From: Eledone cirrhosa
Lineage: Eukaryota
Assembly: GCA_964016885.1 (NCBI GenBank)
Contig: OZ024756.1
Location: 10,106,001-10,170,000, forward strand
Direction of reading: 5' to 3'
Length of the DNA stretch: 64,000 bases
Shown: positions 25,095-38,054 of the stretch, in pieces
Position numbering within the stretch: position 1 is the first letter of the stretch
Layout: each line of letters begins with the position of its first letter
Notes under the pieces: generated by a model
Databases searched by the model: none
What the model was told of the DNA's origin: nothing
The model's input: the letters and a program-made list of their open reading frames with translations, nothing else
Program-made: the position numbers and the translations under genes

Positions 25095-25828
25095 TAACAC
25101 CCCGTCCACCCTGTAAAGTGGTCGTGTTGGTGACACAACAGAACGCACCCAGTGCACACTATAAATGTGGTTGTGTTGGTGACACAACAGAACGCACCCA
25201 GTGCACACTATAAATGTGGTTGTGTTGGTGACACAACAGAATGCACCCAGTGCACACTATAAATGTGGTTGTGTTGGTGACACAACAGAACGCACCCAGT
25301 GCACACTATAAATGTGGTTGTGTTGGTGACACAACAGAACGCACCCAGTGCACACTATAAATGTGGTTGTGTTGGTGACACAACAGAATGCACCCAGTGC
25401 ACACTATAAATGTGGTTGTTGGTGACACAACAGAACGCACCCAGTGCACACTATAAATGCGGTTGTGTTGGTGACACAACAGAACGCACCCAGTGCACAC
25501 TATAAATGCGGTCGTGTTGGTGACACAACAGAACGCACCCAGTGCACACTATAAATGTGGTCGTGTTGGTGACAACAGAACGCACCCAGTGCACACTATA
25601 AATGTGGTCGTGTTGGTGACACAACAGAACGCACCCAGTGCACACTATAAATGTGGTCGTGTTGGTGACACAACAGAACGCACCCAGTGCACGCTATAAA
25701 TGTGGTTGTGTTGGTGACACAACAGAACGCACCCAGTGCACACTATAAATGTGGTTGTGTTGGTGACACAACAGAACGCACCCAGTGCACACTATAAATG
25801 TGGTTCTGTTGGTGACACAACAGAACGT
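25095..25828. repeat. 49-bp tandem repeat (~14 copies) derived from an RTE 3' UTR module
   Basis: Unit GCACCCAGTGCACACTATAAATGTGGTTGTGTTGGTGACACAACAGAAC resembles the GCACCCAGCACGCACTGTAAATGAGGTTGGTG module at 18356-18390. Confidence 0.9.
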
Positions 25829-26242
25829 CTGCTCTAGATGATGGAAATGGACTGGATCACCCAGTTACTTTGAAATGATTGTTCAACTTACTGTGTGATG
25901 GAAGTGATGATGATGGTGGTGGTGGGGATGATGGTTGGGGGTTGTGATGTTGATGATGGGTGCTGGGAGTTGGAAGGAAAGGGTGATGGGGATTGGGTGT
26001 AGAAGAGAAGAAATAAGGAATATATATTTATGTTATGAAATAATTTATTTATGACACTTTAATGATGATAATATATTGATTTGGGGAATTATATTGTAAT
26101 AAAATTTTTGTTACCAATCCAGCCAAATCCGGCTCTGGTTCCATTAAATAAAACAACACATTTTAAATGTTTCCAATTTAAATTTAAATCTTCCAACATA
26201 ATTTTATATAATAACCTTACATTAAGTTACTATCTTAGTAAT

Positions 26243-26525
26243 GAAATAATTGTTTCTACTTTAGGCACAAGGCCAGCAATTACCCAGGGCATTACTGGTA
26301 CTTTATTTTATCGACCCTGTATATATATAAAATAATTGTTTCTACTTTAGGCACAAGGCCAGCAATTACCCAGTGCATTACTGGTACTTTATTTTATCGA
26401 CCCCGTAAGGATGAAAGGCAAAATCAACCTCGGCGGGATTTGAACTCAGATCGTAAAGGGACGTAACTCTATGCTGGAAAGCATGGCGTCCGACCTTCTA
26501 CCGATACTGCCAATCCACCGCCCTT
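26243..26525 (-). mobile_element. SINE family 1 with duplicated 3' part
   Basis: Reverse complement of 1790-1972; TTAGTAATGAAATAAT on both flanks; extra 3' fragment at 26243-26318. Confidence 0.8.
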
Positions 26526-26919
26526 AGTAATGAAATAATAACTTTGAGAACCTCTGGCTTAACCCATCCAAGGAGGGTGGTGGTGACGTGTCTAGCTTTA
26601 TAACATCACAAACTGTTTAACCCACCATCCAAGCATGGAAAAACAGACTAAATAGTGGGGGGAGGGTGGTTAAGTTGGTTATGATGGTGGTGGTGGTGGT
26701 GGGGATTATGAGGATCATAGTGGTGGTGGTGGTTATAAGGATGGTGATGGTATTGATGGTGGCGAGGATTATGACGATGATGATCTTCCCAGGAACTGGA
26801 GTAAATGGATATTTCAATAGAGTAAGCAGGAAAAGAACAATCCATCTGGTTAACCAGCAACAGCAACTGGAGTTTCTATTTTCTTGATGTAAGTTTTTGG
26901 TTTGATAGTAAGATCTGGA

Positions 26920-27336
26920 GGAAAAATTGTCCTGTTGTGGGCAGTGCCAAGTTGGCTGACCTTGTCTTACTCATACGGGAACTGATTTTGGCTTGATTTC
27001 TACAGCTGGATGCCCTTCCTAACACCAACCTCATTTCCAGTGAGTGCTGGGTGCTTTTTTGCCGTGGCACCTCCACGACCACTTTACAGTGTGGGTTGGG
27101 TGCTTTTTTGTCGTGGCATCTCCACAACAACTTTACAGTGTGGGTTGGGTGCTTTTTTTGTCGTGGCATCTCCACAACCACATTGCAGTAGGAGGGGGTG
27201 GGAGCATATTGTCTATATGCTTCAGCTTTGGCTTGTACCCATGGGAAGTTGGGTTTTCTGTATTACTGCGTCACGGTCCTGTGTCATCGGCTTTTATCAC
27301 CTCATCCCAGGTCTTCTTGGGTCTCCCCACTTCCAT
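26920..27336 (-). mobile_element. RTE 3' fragment (subfamily A)
   Basis: Reverse complement of 18125-18480. Confidence 0.8.
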
Positions 27337-27459
27337 AGACTAGGGTTAATCTACAAAACAATATATTTTTCAACAAAAAATTTCAGTTTTTTGCATGCAA
27401 AATTAACAAAAAACTTACTAGCGAAGCAGCACAGGTCAATACTATCCGAGATAGATAGA

Positions 27460-28300
27460 TATATTTCTTTATTTGCCACAAGGGCTCAAAAGAAAAGGGG
27501 ACAATACAGGGACATATGCCAGGGATTTTACATACAATCGTGTAAAAAAAAAAGTTTAAACAAATTCAACAATCGAAATCCCAATAGGGGGAGGTGCCAC
27601 AAATGGGTTGTTTAATACCCCATCGATAAAACAACCCTCAACTTCAGGAGCGTGTTGTGCAAGTGCTTCTTCCTTTTGCTCTCCTCTTCAACCTACAGGC
27701 TTATAAACAGAGAAGGCCCAATCACTTCTGTCACATTCACCCACCTTTCAGTAAATTTCCTGTGGTGCAGTGCCTCTCTCTCCACTCTGATTCTCCTTCT
27801 AAAGTGGTATCTAAAGAAGGGAATCAATTGTTGTCCGGAGGGAAAGGCATCTATCTGTCCTCAGTCCTCTCAATCTTGTCCACCATATAACCTCTTTTGC
27901 CATATCCACTGTACAGAGGAAAACCGCCTCTCTTTCGTTTTTTGAAAGAAGGTGACGGTTTGATCCTTACTATGGACTCGGCAGTCAATTGGATTTGTCC
28001 CACACACGACAGCAGTTGTTCTGCATAGTTCCACAGGTCGAATATGCCCAGGCAGTGTACAATTGCGTGCAGGACGGTTTCAATGTCCTGCTTGCATCTT
28101 GGACACGTCCTCTTGGAAGGATCCCTGCCGGGGTGCCTGTGCCTGTAGATCTTATCTCATACTGGTAGAGCTCGGTAGCACTGCCAGGCCAGAAACCTCT
28201 GGCAGTTATCCATAGGCCCTGGATGAAAAGTCCTACCGAACAGACTGGGCAGTTCGCCCTCCTCAATGCCTAGTTTCCCCGAGAATGTCGTCGCACTTAT
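27460..28300 (-). mobile_element. L1/Tx1-like LINE 3' fragment
   Basis: Minus strand encodes AWQCYRALPV*DKIYRH and TCPRCKQDIETVLHAIVHC (zf-RVT CxxC..ETxxHxxxxC); ends AATAAAGAAATAT. Confidence 0.7.
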
Positions 28301-29145
28301 TTAGATAGATAGATGCAGAGTTATAGATAGAGGTACAAATCAATGTGTGTGTGTTGTAGAAGCTAAGGTTTATTTTGCTGTCATTTCTAGCAAGACAGGT
28401 TACCACAACATGACCCTTGCATGTACGACAGACAGATAGATAATGAGCCAACTTGAGTCACTCTAACAGATGTACACACACACACATTCACATAATCATA
28501 ACAATATGAGTAGCCAATTCGCTCCACATAAACACCCCAACACATACATTCACACACAAACGCTGGAAGTCTGTTGGCTGTTTTTGCCGTAGTTATTTCA
28601 CCATCTCCCTTTTACACACACATACATACACATCTCCCTTTTACATACACATACGTTAACACACCTCCCTTTTACACACATTCACTCACATATACTTACA
28701 CAGAGTTGAAGCAATGATTTTTCACCGTAGAATGTTCCCCCGAGGACAGATTTATGGTTTTTTATCGACCACTAATGAAGAAAAGACAAAGTTGGCATCG
28801 GCGGAATTTGAAATCCTATCATAGAGATTCAGAATAAATACCACAAGGCACTCAGACGTTTTAATGACTTTGTATGTATGTGTATATGTGTCACTGAAAG
28901 AGATGTGTATGTATGTATATATTTGTCTATGTGTAACTAGGTGGACTGGAGCAATGTGAAATGAAGTGTCTTGCTCAAGAACACTAGCATGGTGAGAGGG
29001 AAACATTTGGCTGCTATTTCTAACAAGATGGGAAATAAACCTAATGTCACTTTTGTGGAGCTGATTTTCTTGTTTTTATTTGTGGACTTATCATTGCTGT
29101 TGGGGGAGTGACACACGGACACGATTTGAGTTTTATATATATATA

Positions 29146-31960
29146 TCATCATCATCATCTTCGTTTAACGTCCATCTTCCACGCTGGCATGGCTTAGACG
29201 GGAGTTGTCCCAATTTGAGGCAAGGTTGGTCGGGTGACCGTGTCTCGCTCGTATAGGACTATCTGGCAGGTTTTCTACGGCTGGATGCCCTTCCTAACAC
29301 CAACCACATTTACAGTGTGGACTGGGAGGTTTTTACCGTGTTACCTACACGGCCACATTACAGCGTGGACTGTGTGTTTTTTTGTCGTGACACCTACACA
29401 ATCTCGATCTCATCTCATTTATTTGGACTGGATGTGGTACCAACTTTACAGAGAGAGGGTGATGGTGGGAGTAGGGGTAGTGGATTGGGGTGTATATTTG
29501 GTTAAGAGGTGCCTACTAACTGTAGGTTTCGCTTTGTACATAGGCAAGGCGGGTCTTCTGTATTACTATGTGGTGCCAAAGATCTCGGTCCAGTGACATT
29601 GTCTTACAGAGGTGCAAGTGTGTAAGGTGGGAATTTATCAAATCGTCCCAGGTTTTTCTGGATCTACCTACTCCGTAGCTACCATCAATTTTGATCACCC
29701 TGCACTTTTTTATGCAGCTGTCGTCTTTCATGTGCATCACATGACCATACCAACGTAGTCTTCTCTCGAGTAAACATCTGATCCCTCTTATTCCTAATTT
29801 CTCACTTAGTTCATTTATGCTTTGCCGTTCACGTATATTACTATTACACATCCAACGGAGCATGCAAGCTTCGTTCCTTTCCAGTCTGCACAGGTCCTCT
29901 GCACGTAATGCCCATGACTCACTGCCATGTAGCATTGCTGTTCGTATACAATCTGCCTTTCATTTTTAGAGAGAACCCCTTTGTGGCCAACAGTGGTATA
30001 AGCTCTCTGAACTTTTTCCACCCCGTTCTGACTCTGGCTACTGTACTTTCAGAGCACCTTTCTCCACTGCTGATTTTGTCATCCAGGTAACGGATAGTGT
30101 CCACTATTTCTATAGAACCATCTAGAAGGAGCTAGTATCCTTTGGACACTTGCTACTTATTGGACCTGAGCACCGGCCACATATAAAATCTACTTTCTTA
30201 GATAGTTTATCTGTGATCCCACTACATCTTTTATGTACCCATAGTTTTTTTTTTCATTTGGGACATAAAATGGAATTCCTTCCTACTCCTTTCCTACACA
30301 CTGAGCATGGCTATTTCCCAGAGGGCACCTGTGCCCTAGTTTCCTTTCTACATACTAGAACTTAGACAAGTTAACTTTTGATTCTAGGCCATGCTTCCAT
30401 GTTTGGAATTTCTTCTCTAGTTCAGCCATAGATTCAGCTACAAGTGTTAGATCATCTGCATATAGGAGTTCCCATGGGCAGCCGGTATTGAACTCCTCTG
30501 TTATAGCCTGAAGGGCAATAATAAATAGGAGGGGGCTAAGGGCAGAGCCTTGATGAACACCAACTTTTACACTAAATTCTTCACAATATTCATACTGACT
30601 GTTTCTTTATACATAGCTTGTATAGCTCTCACAAGCCATTCATCTACACCTAGTTTTCTAAGAGCCCACCAGATAATGGAGCAGGAGATTCTGTCAAAGG
30701 CTTTCTACAAAAGCTTAAGTAGAGGGGTTTACTTTTAGCTAGGTACTTCTCCTGTAGTTGTCGTACAAGGAAAAGAGCGTCTGTGGTACTTTTACCTGAC
30801 ACAAACCCAAACTGCATTTCATCTAGATCAATTCGCTCTCTGATTAGTTGTGCTATAACTCTTTCTGTGACCTTCATGACCTGGTCAACTAACTTAATGC
30901 CTCTATAGTTTCCCCTATCTAGAGCATCTCCTCTTCCCTTGTAACAGTTAATGATGATGCTGCTACGCCAGTCTTTTGGCATGACCCCATTCTGTATTAC
31001 TTGGTTTACTATCCGGGTGACCATAGTGTGTCCCACCATTCCAGATGCTTTCAACATCTCAGCAACTATCCACAAAGGCTCAGCTGCCTTGCCTGTCTTC
31101 ATATCTTTGATTGCCTTACCTATTATACTACCTTTAACTTGCACCACTGGTCCAGCTATTGGATCGATTTGGGGCAGACTATCTTTTTCCTATTTATTCT
31201 CCTCATTTAATAGTCTCTCGTAGTGACACTTCCAGGTTATCTTCTTATCAGTATCAGTGAGGGCAAGGACACCCTTATCATTACGGACACACTTCTCCCC
31301 GACAATATCACGGTTTTCCTTGAGACATTACCTAGCAATCCTGAACACCTCACGTTGTAGAACATGCTTGAACTTTCTATCGTCTGCTTCCCTTTTTGCA
31401 AAGTACACTTGTCTCCTAGCTTCCCTCCTGGCCACTTGATAGTGTTCTCTACTTCCCCCATCCCGCCATATTTTCCAAGCCTGCTTTTTCGCCTTGATTG
31501 TCTCCTCCACCTTACTGTTCCACCACCAAGTTACTCTGCTCCAGCAAGTTCACTTTCAAGAAATCCCACTGTTCCTCTATATTGTACGTCTTTAATTGCT
31601 CTTCCTTATTGTCAAAAGCATCGAGTAATAAGCTTTTAAATTTGTTACTGCCTATGGGGTCCTTCAACTTCCATATTCTCCTCAAGGTAGTCCTCCTCTG
31701 TCGTCGAGTATGCCTATTCCTGACTATGAGCTCACTAACTACTAGGCTATGTTGGGAGGAGGGATTTAGTGTTTACAACAGACACTTTGTCACGTCTTCT
31801 AGTAAGGATATAATCTATCTGGCTGGCGTATTCCCCTGATCTATAGGTGATCAAGTGATTGTCTTGTTTTTTGAAGTTTGTGTTACAGATAGTTAGGTTA
31901 TTAGCATCACAGAATTCCAGGATTCTGAAGCCTTCCTCATTTCTATTTCCGAACCAATAA
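29146..31960 (-). mobile_element. Degraded RTE LINE (subfamily B): endonuclease end, RT and 3' UTR
   Basis: Broken ORFs with NYRGIKL, QFGFVSGKSTTDALF, LLYADDL and LRWYGHVM; (CAT)n tail. Confidence 0.92.
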
Positions 31961-32312
31961 AGTTTGTTTTGATTGGTGGATTAGTTCATAGGGATGTTTT
32001 TGCCTGTAGTGTATGTGGGGGTGGATGTGATGATAAGATGGTGGGGGTGCTGGTTGTCGGTAGACAGATTGGCATGTAGCTGAGGCTGATTTTTGTGCGT
32101 GGTGTGGGTGTAATGTTGTTGTTTGGGGTAACGGTCTTTATGGTGGTGTCAATTTCAATAAGGAGATACATACATAGACACAGTTAGTCTGACAAATACG
32201 TTGTATACATACACGTGTATATATATATATATATATACAGAGAGAGAGCCAGTGGAGATGGCGTTATACAAATAAATATACTTACACACAGACACACACA
32301 CATGCGTTGTTT

Positions 32313-32545
32313 TATCATCATCATTCGTCGACTAGTCGAGATGATGGATCTCACTCTCATGCCCCAGAATTCCCCTGTCCCCCATCGCTGCCCCCAGGTC
32401 CTGTCTACTGATTCCCGTATCCCTAGAGATAACGTCAGGGAATGACAGCTTCCTACTCCTAGTCAGGCTGGAGTCAGGGTTCCAGAGCAAGAGAGCCGGA
32501 TATGATTTCATTGCTGGCACGGTGACAGTGGCCGGCAAATTGAGC
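32313..32545 (-). mobile_element. RTE-clade 3' fragment (third family)
   Basis: LLLWNP...RKLSFPDVISRDTGISRQDLGAAMGDR; (GAT)n tail. Confidence 0.6.
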
Positions 32546-32914
32546 TCTCCGGGATTTTAGAAGGGCAGAGGCTCGTTGTTTAGGGAGGGATGATATGTGT
32601 TGGTGATGATGGTAGTGGCGATGGGGTGATATGTTTGACATTATATTTACAGGATCGGATGTTACGATGGTTTACAAGGTAATACCTGACAGAGAGGACA
32701 GATAGAACACAATGATACTGTGATGAGGGGTGTGTGGTGATGTGTCTTTCGGTGGGGGGTGATGGATGCGACATGATATTTACAAAATCTGAACTTACAA
32801 AGGTTACATGCTATATAAGACAAATGCACTGAGATGAGGGACGGTGTGGCAAGGCAAAGGTGGTTATCACTATGTTGAGTCAGGGTTAGTGTGTGGCCCC
32901 CGGCCGAATGTTTG

Positions 32915-33300
32915 TGCAGAGAAGGTGTTCAACCTGGTGTGTCTACAATTTATAATTATGTCAGACCTAGAGTTTATGGCAGATTTCAATTTAATGATCT
33001 CAGCCGCCTCGGCCAGGCATAACCTGCAGTGGTTTCTGTTGCTGGGGAGTTGAGCCACGCGTCTTTTAACTGATCATATAATCTGGAATTCGATGTTCTT
33101 GTCTTTGAGGTCCCAGATCAAGTCGGCCAGTCTAGTTTGGGATCATTTGAGCATGTGTTTAAAGGAGCTTTTATACCAGCGCTCCTTAAACGTAGTCGAG
33201 GTTGCACCTATATAGGAGTACTCTTTTCTGCCAGCTGTGACATTGCACCGGTAAGTAATGTTTTTAACGAGGCACTCCCCGTTTAGTGGAGTGTTTCTCT
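32915..33300 (-). mobile_element. Penelope-like GIY-YIG endonuclease fragment
   Basis: PLNGECLVKNITYRCNV...YSYIGATSTTFKERW...CRLCLAEAAEI...NSRSDIIINCRH. Confidence 0.85.
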
Positions 33301-33324
33301 CTGTGTACAAAAGGCCAGTTATAT

Positions 33325-33505
33325 GATTCCTGTGAGAGGAGCGCGATGCTGCATGGTAGTGAGATTGGGCAGCAACTGCAGATGATAGACGGCTGGAGAG
33401 AAATGAGGCAAGCATGCTCCATTGGATGTGCAGTGTAAATGTGCGTGAACGACCCAGCATAAATGTGTTGAGAGAGAAACTGTGTCAGAGAGGGATAGAA
33501 TGTAG
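33325..33505 (+). mobile_element. RTE RT C-terminal fragment
   Basis: MLHGSE..RLERNEASMLHWMCSVNVRERPSINVLREKL. Confidence 0.7.
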
Positions 33506-34250
33506 TGCAGAGTTCAGCGGCCGAAGTAGTTCTTTCAATTGTGGGAGTGGGGTGGTGCTAGCTGTTAGTCCATTCTCTGCCTGTGTGTGTGTGTGTGCGT
33601 GTGTTGTTGTCTCGCTTGAGTGTGTGTGCGTGTGTTGCCTTGTTCCTCTGTATTGGCAGTGTAGTATGTTCGTATGGTGGAGTGCTACTGTGTGGGTGTG
33701 CGTGTGTTGCTGTCTCGCTTGTGTGTGTGCATGTGTTGCTGCATCGTTTGTTAACTTAAACCAACCACCTCATTTCGCTTCTCTCGGATCGGTTGTTTAA
33801 TTGTGGCCCTAGGCGTTTGATCGAAAGTGCTTCCTTGATACGTAACGTGCCGACGTTTCTTTCTGTCGCTAGAAACAATTCTAGCGACAGAAAGAAACGT
33901 CAATGGGCCTTCCGTCTTTGTTTCCGAATTGGGCTATGTGTTTCCGGAAAGACAAGGCCCTTTCCGGAAACACATAGCCAAATGCGGAAACACACAAACG
34001 ATGCAGCAACACACGCACACACACAAGCGAGACAGCAACACACACACACCCACACACACACAGTAGCACTCCACCATACGAACATACTACACTGCCAATA
34101 CAGAGGAACAAGGCAACAACACACACACACTCAAGCGAGACAACAACACACGCACAAAGTAACATTCAATAAACAGGCAGAAAATGGACTGACAGCTAGC
34201 GCCACCCCACTCCAACAATTGAAAGAACTACTTCGGCCGCTGACCTCTGC
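33506..34250. repeat. Foldback element with ~245-bp inverted arms and internal palindromes
   Basis: 33506-33750 is the reverse complement of 33995-34250; inner hairpins at 33851-33901 and ~33918-33990. Confidence 0.8.
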
Positions 34251-34675
34251 CTGACCGACCCCATTTCACGCGCACGCGCGCTCTGCTGAATACCTCAGGT
34301 ATTCAAAACAACGAACAGCGGAGGACACGTTTCGCACCTTTCCGACAGACAACCTTTCCCCCACCCCAGAAAAAAACCCCAGTTGATGGATGAGAATCCG
34401 AAATATATAGGGACAATTAAATCTCTCCCAAGGTAACTCTCTCTCGTGTTGTTATTTTTATTTTTATCCTTTACGCTCTATCCTTCATTCCTCTACACGC
34501 CACGCATCTCAACGTACACCCACTTACATCTCTCCACCACCGGATCTTGTTACCCAGAGATTTACCCATTTGCATTGTCGAGGCTTCCAAACGACTTAAA
34601 GAAATTTACCTATTATTCCACAATGCTTCAAGCAAACTTCAATACTCTCCTATATATATATATTTATATATATAT

Positions 34676-34734
<59 letters not shown>

Positions 34735-34740
34735 TATATA

Positions 34741-34772
<32 letters not shown>

Positions 34773-34780
34773 GGTATATA

Positions 34781-34824
<44 letters not shown>

Positions 34825-34875
34825 TATATAAAGTTAAATAAAAAGTCAAATGTTTAAAATTTAGCTTCGTTTATT

Positions 34876-34930
34876 ACTGCTATATATATTTCAGTGACAG
34901 CCATTTTTGGCTGTGACCTCTTCAGGCAGT
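34876..34930 (-). ncRNA. Minimal type I hammerhead ribozyme
   Basis: On the minus strand: ACUGC-CUGAAGA-GGUCACAGCCA AAAA UGGCUGUCACU-GAAA-U AUAU A-UA/GCAGU; perfect stem I. Confidence 0.8.
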
Positions 34931-35127
34931 TTGAATTAGTATGGTATAGACAAGTACATATGTTGTTTAGGTGTATAATATTGTCAGTACTCTGATATGC
35001 CCAGTTCCTTGTTGGGTTGTTATTTCACTGAGGAACTGGAGTCATACTGAGGTTTTGGCATACAACCAAGATATACTAAAAATCTATATAGGTATATATA
35101 TATATATATAGGTATATATATATATAT

Positions 35128-35158
<31 letters not shown>

Positions 35159-35439
35159 GGTGTATATATATATATATATATATATATAGGTATATATATA
35201 TAGGTATATATATATATATAGGTATATATATATATATAGGTATATATATATATATATATATATAGGTATATATATATAGGTATATATATATATATATATA
35301 TAGGTATATATAGGTATATATATATTTATATATATATATAGGTAATTTACGTATAGACATATCTTCTCACACTCACACGCACACACTCACATACTTACAC
35401 CTTCATGCATTCTCCCACACACTTAAACAGGCATGTACA

Positions 35440-36060
35440 TTTATTATAATGCTCGGTTTGTTCGTTTGTAAACAAACAGACAGCCTGAATTACGCCGTAC
35501 AGTGTTTAGGCAACCACGTCACCTTTTTGTTCAACACTGACACAGGAACGATGTACTAGTTTCAAGCTTATTAGCTATTGTCAACACCGTATACCTTTCT
35601 GCCAGATAGTTGAACGTCCAAAAGTATATACTTTCCTTATGAAAATTTACGGCTGAACAGCCTAATTTGCATATCGAGTGAGTTCAGTCGGCCAGGCACA
35701 CCGAAAACGATAAATGGAATAGAATGAAACGAAATTTCATTTCTCACTCTTAGTACGGCACATACTTAAATGTAAGTATGTATGTATACGTACATACATA
35801 TATGTATACAGACGTACAGTAGCATGTATATATATACACATCGTTCCTGTGTCAGTGTTGAACAAAAAGGTGACGTGGTTGCCTAAACACCGTACGGCGT
35901 AATTCATGCTGTTTGTTTACAAACGAACAAACCGAGCATTATAATAAATGTTCGGTAAACTGATACGTGCATATGTGTGCCTGTATGTATATATATACAT
36001 GCTACTGTACGTCTGTATACATATATGTATGTACGTATACATACATACTTACATACTTAC
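35440..36060. mobile_element. Retrozyme-like family 2 copy with inverted segment
   Basis: Homologous to 8369-8945; hammerhead remnant 35548-35590 (-); octamer 35665-35672; inverted copy starts at 35839. Confidence 0.6.
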
Positions 36061-36265
36061 ATATATGAAAAAAATATATATATGAAAAAAAAGCCTTCGT
36101 GAGCCACCTTTTTTTTAAGTAAAGAAATTCAAACACACACACACAAGCACACAATATCTTTACTTTCTTTATTCAATAAAAAATCTGAATTCTGAACTAA
36201 CCATATTCACTGAACCAGAACAATTCTCCCATCCCTTTCTCTTGACCATTATCTTTCACTTATCA

Positions 36266-36370
36266 TCCCGCCGAGGTTGACTTTGCCTTTCATCCTTACG
36301 GGGTCGATAAAATAAAGTACCAGTAATGCACTGGTAATTGCTGGCCTTGTGCCTAAAGTAGAAACAATTA
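36266..36370 (+). mobile_element. 5'-truncated SINE family 1
   Basis: Core plus tail, flanked by duplicated ATTATCTTTCACTTATCAT. Confidence 0.75.
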
Positions 36371-36902
36371 TCTTTCACTTATCATAAAATTCTCTAAAAA
36401 GGCTACAGAATGGATTTCCAAATAAGGGCACGAAAATTTAATGAAAACTCCAACCAAAAAAAAGCCTTCGTGAGCCCCTTTTTTCAAGTAAAAAGAAATT
36501 CAAACACTCATATATGAAAAAACAACCTGACACCCCCCCCCCCCCCCCCTCTTATTTGAAGAACTATTGTAACGCGGACTGGCGCGAACTTTATTATAAT
36601 TATTGACAAACCAATCAAATTACTTCTCGAAAAACCTGGCATTTCCAGCCACTTTTTCCATATAAAACAAGTAACATTCAGAGACCAACCAGATGTGAGA
36701 AAAACCACAGACCCTCCATCTCAACTCACCTTTTGAAAAGCAGAAACACTGCGAAACCAGTAAAGGAACCAAATAAATATATATATATTTTTTTTAAATA
36801 AGACTCCATTTGCATTTTTGATTTCATCACTTTTTCTTTATACTTTCACTCGTGTAGGACACCTCGGTTATTTTTCATTTTGTAAAAAAAACCTCACTTT
36901 CT

Positions 36903-37223
36903 ATCATCATCATTCATCATTTCATTTTACGTCCGCTTTTCCCTGCACGCAAGGGTGGGACAGGAACTGATTCTGGCTTGATACACCAACCTCATTTACA
37001 GTGAGTGCTGGGTGCTTTTTTGCCATGGCACCTCCACGACCACTTTGCAGTGGAATGATAGGGACTGGGGTCCCTATCATCTCATTTCTACAGCTGAGTA
37101 AACTGGAGCAATGTGAAATAAAGTGTCTTGCTCAGGGAAACAACACATCACCCGGTCTGAGAATTGAACTCACAACCTTTCGATTGCAAGTCCAATGCTC
37201 TAACCACTAAGCCATGTGCCTCC
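36903..37223 (-). mobile_element. tRNA-derived CORE-type SINE (family 2) with RTE-derived tail
   Basis: Head TGGCTTAGTGG...GAGTTCAATTC, CORE-like AAGTGTCTTGCTCA(A/G)GG, tail shared with RTE subfamily A, (GAT)n end. Confidence 0.85.
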
Positions 37224-37256
37224 ATTTCTAATATATATACATATATATATATAGTA

Positions 37257-37293
<37 letters not shown>

Positions 37294-37297
37294 TATA

Positions 37298-37333
<36 letters not shown>

Positions 37334-37357
37334 TACATATATACATATATATATATA

Positions 37358-37421
<64 letters not shown>

Positions 37422-37525
37422 TACATATATATACATATATATATACATAAATATATATATATATATATATATACATAAATATATATATAAGCTCCAAGAT
37501 TCTAATGAATAGGTCCGAGCATTTT

Positions 37526-37750
37526 ATAACAACTAGAAATTGATTAACATATAAATAAAGATATGAAACAATCACAGGGGATAATTTGTAAAAGTGTGCA
37601 AGCACACATAGCTAGGTAGGTAACTAAATAAAGTTTACTAGAACTTCAAAAATAGATACCTTATAATATGTGTGCTTGCACACTTGTAAAAGTTATCCCC
37701 TGTGATTGTTTCATATGTTTATTTATATGTTAATCAATTTCTTGTTGTTA
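37526..37750. repeat. Short foldback (~80-bp inverted arms) within (TA)n
   Basis: 37526-37608 is the reverse complement of 37667-37750. Confidence 0.75.
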
Positions 37751-38054
37751 TATATATTGTTATATATCTTGTTGTTACATATATATATAAACATATATAC
37801 GCATATATATATAAACATATATACATATATATACATCTATATATATACAATATACATAAATATATGTATACATATATATATATATACATATATATACATA
37901 TACATATATATACATATCTATATATTTAGATATATCTAATATATACATATATCTATATATATACATATATATATATACATATATATATATATACATATCT
38001 ATATATATATATACATATATATACATATATATATATATATACATATACATATTA

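Noticed and set aside
34300-34415. Hammerhead-like GGATGAGAATCCGAAATATATAGGG
   Set aside because: 5' core reads CAGTTGA rather than CTGANGA; at best a dead remnant, so not annotated as a ribozyme.
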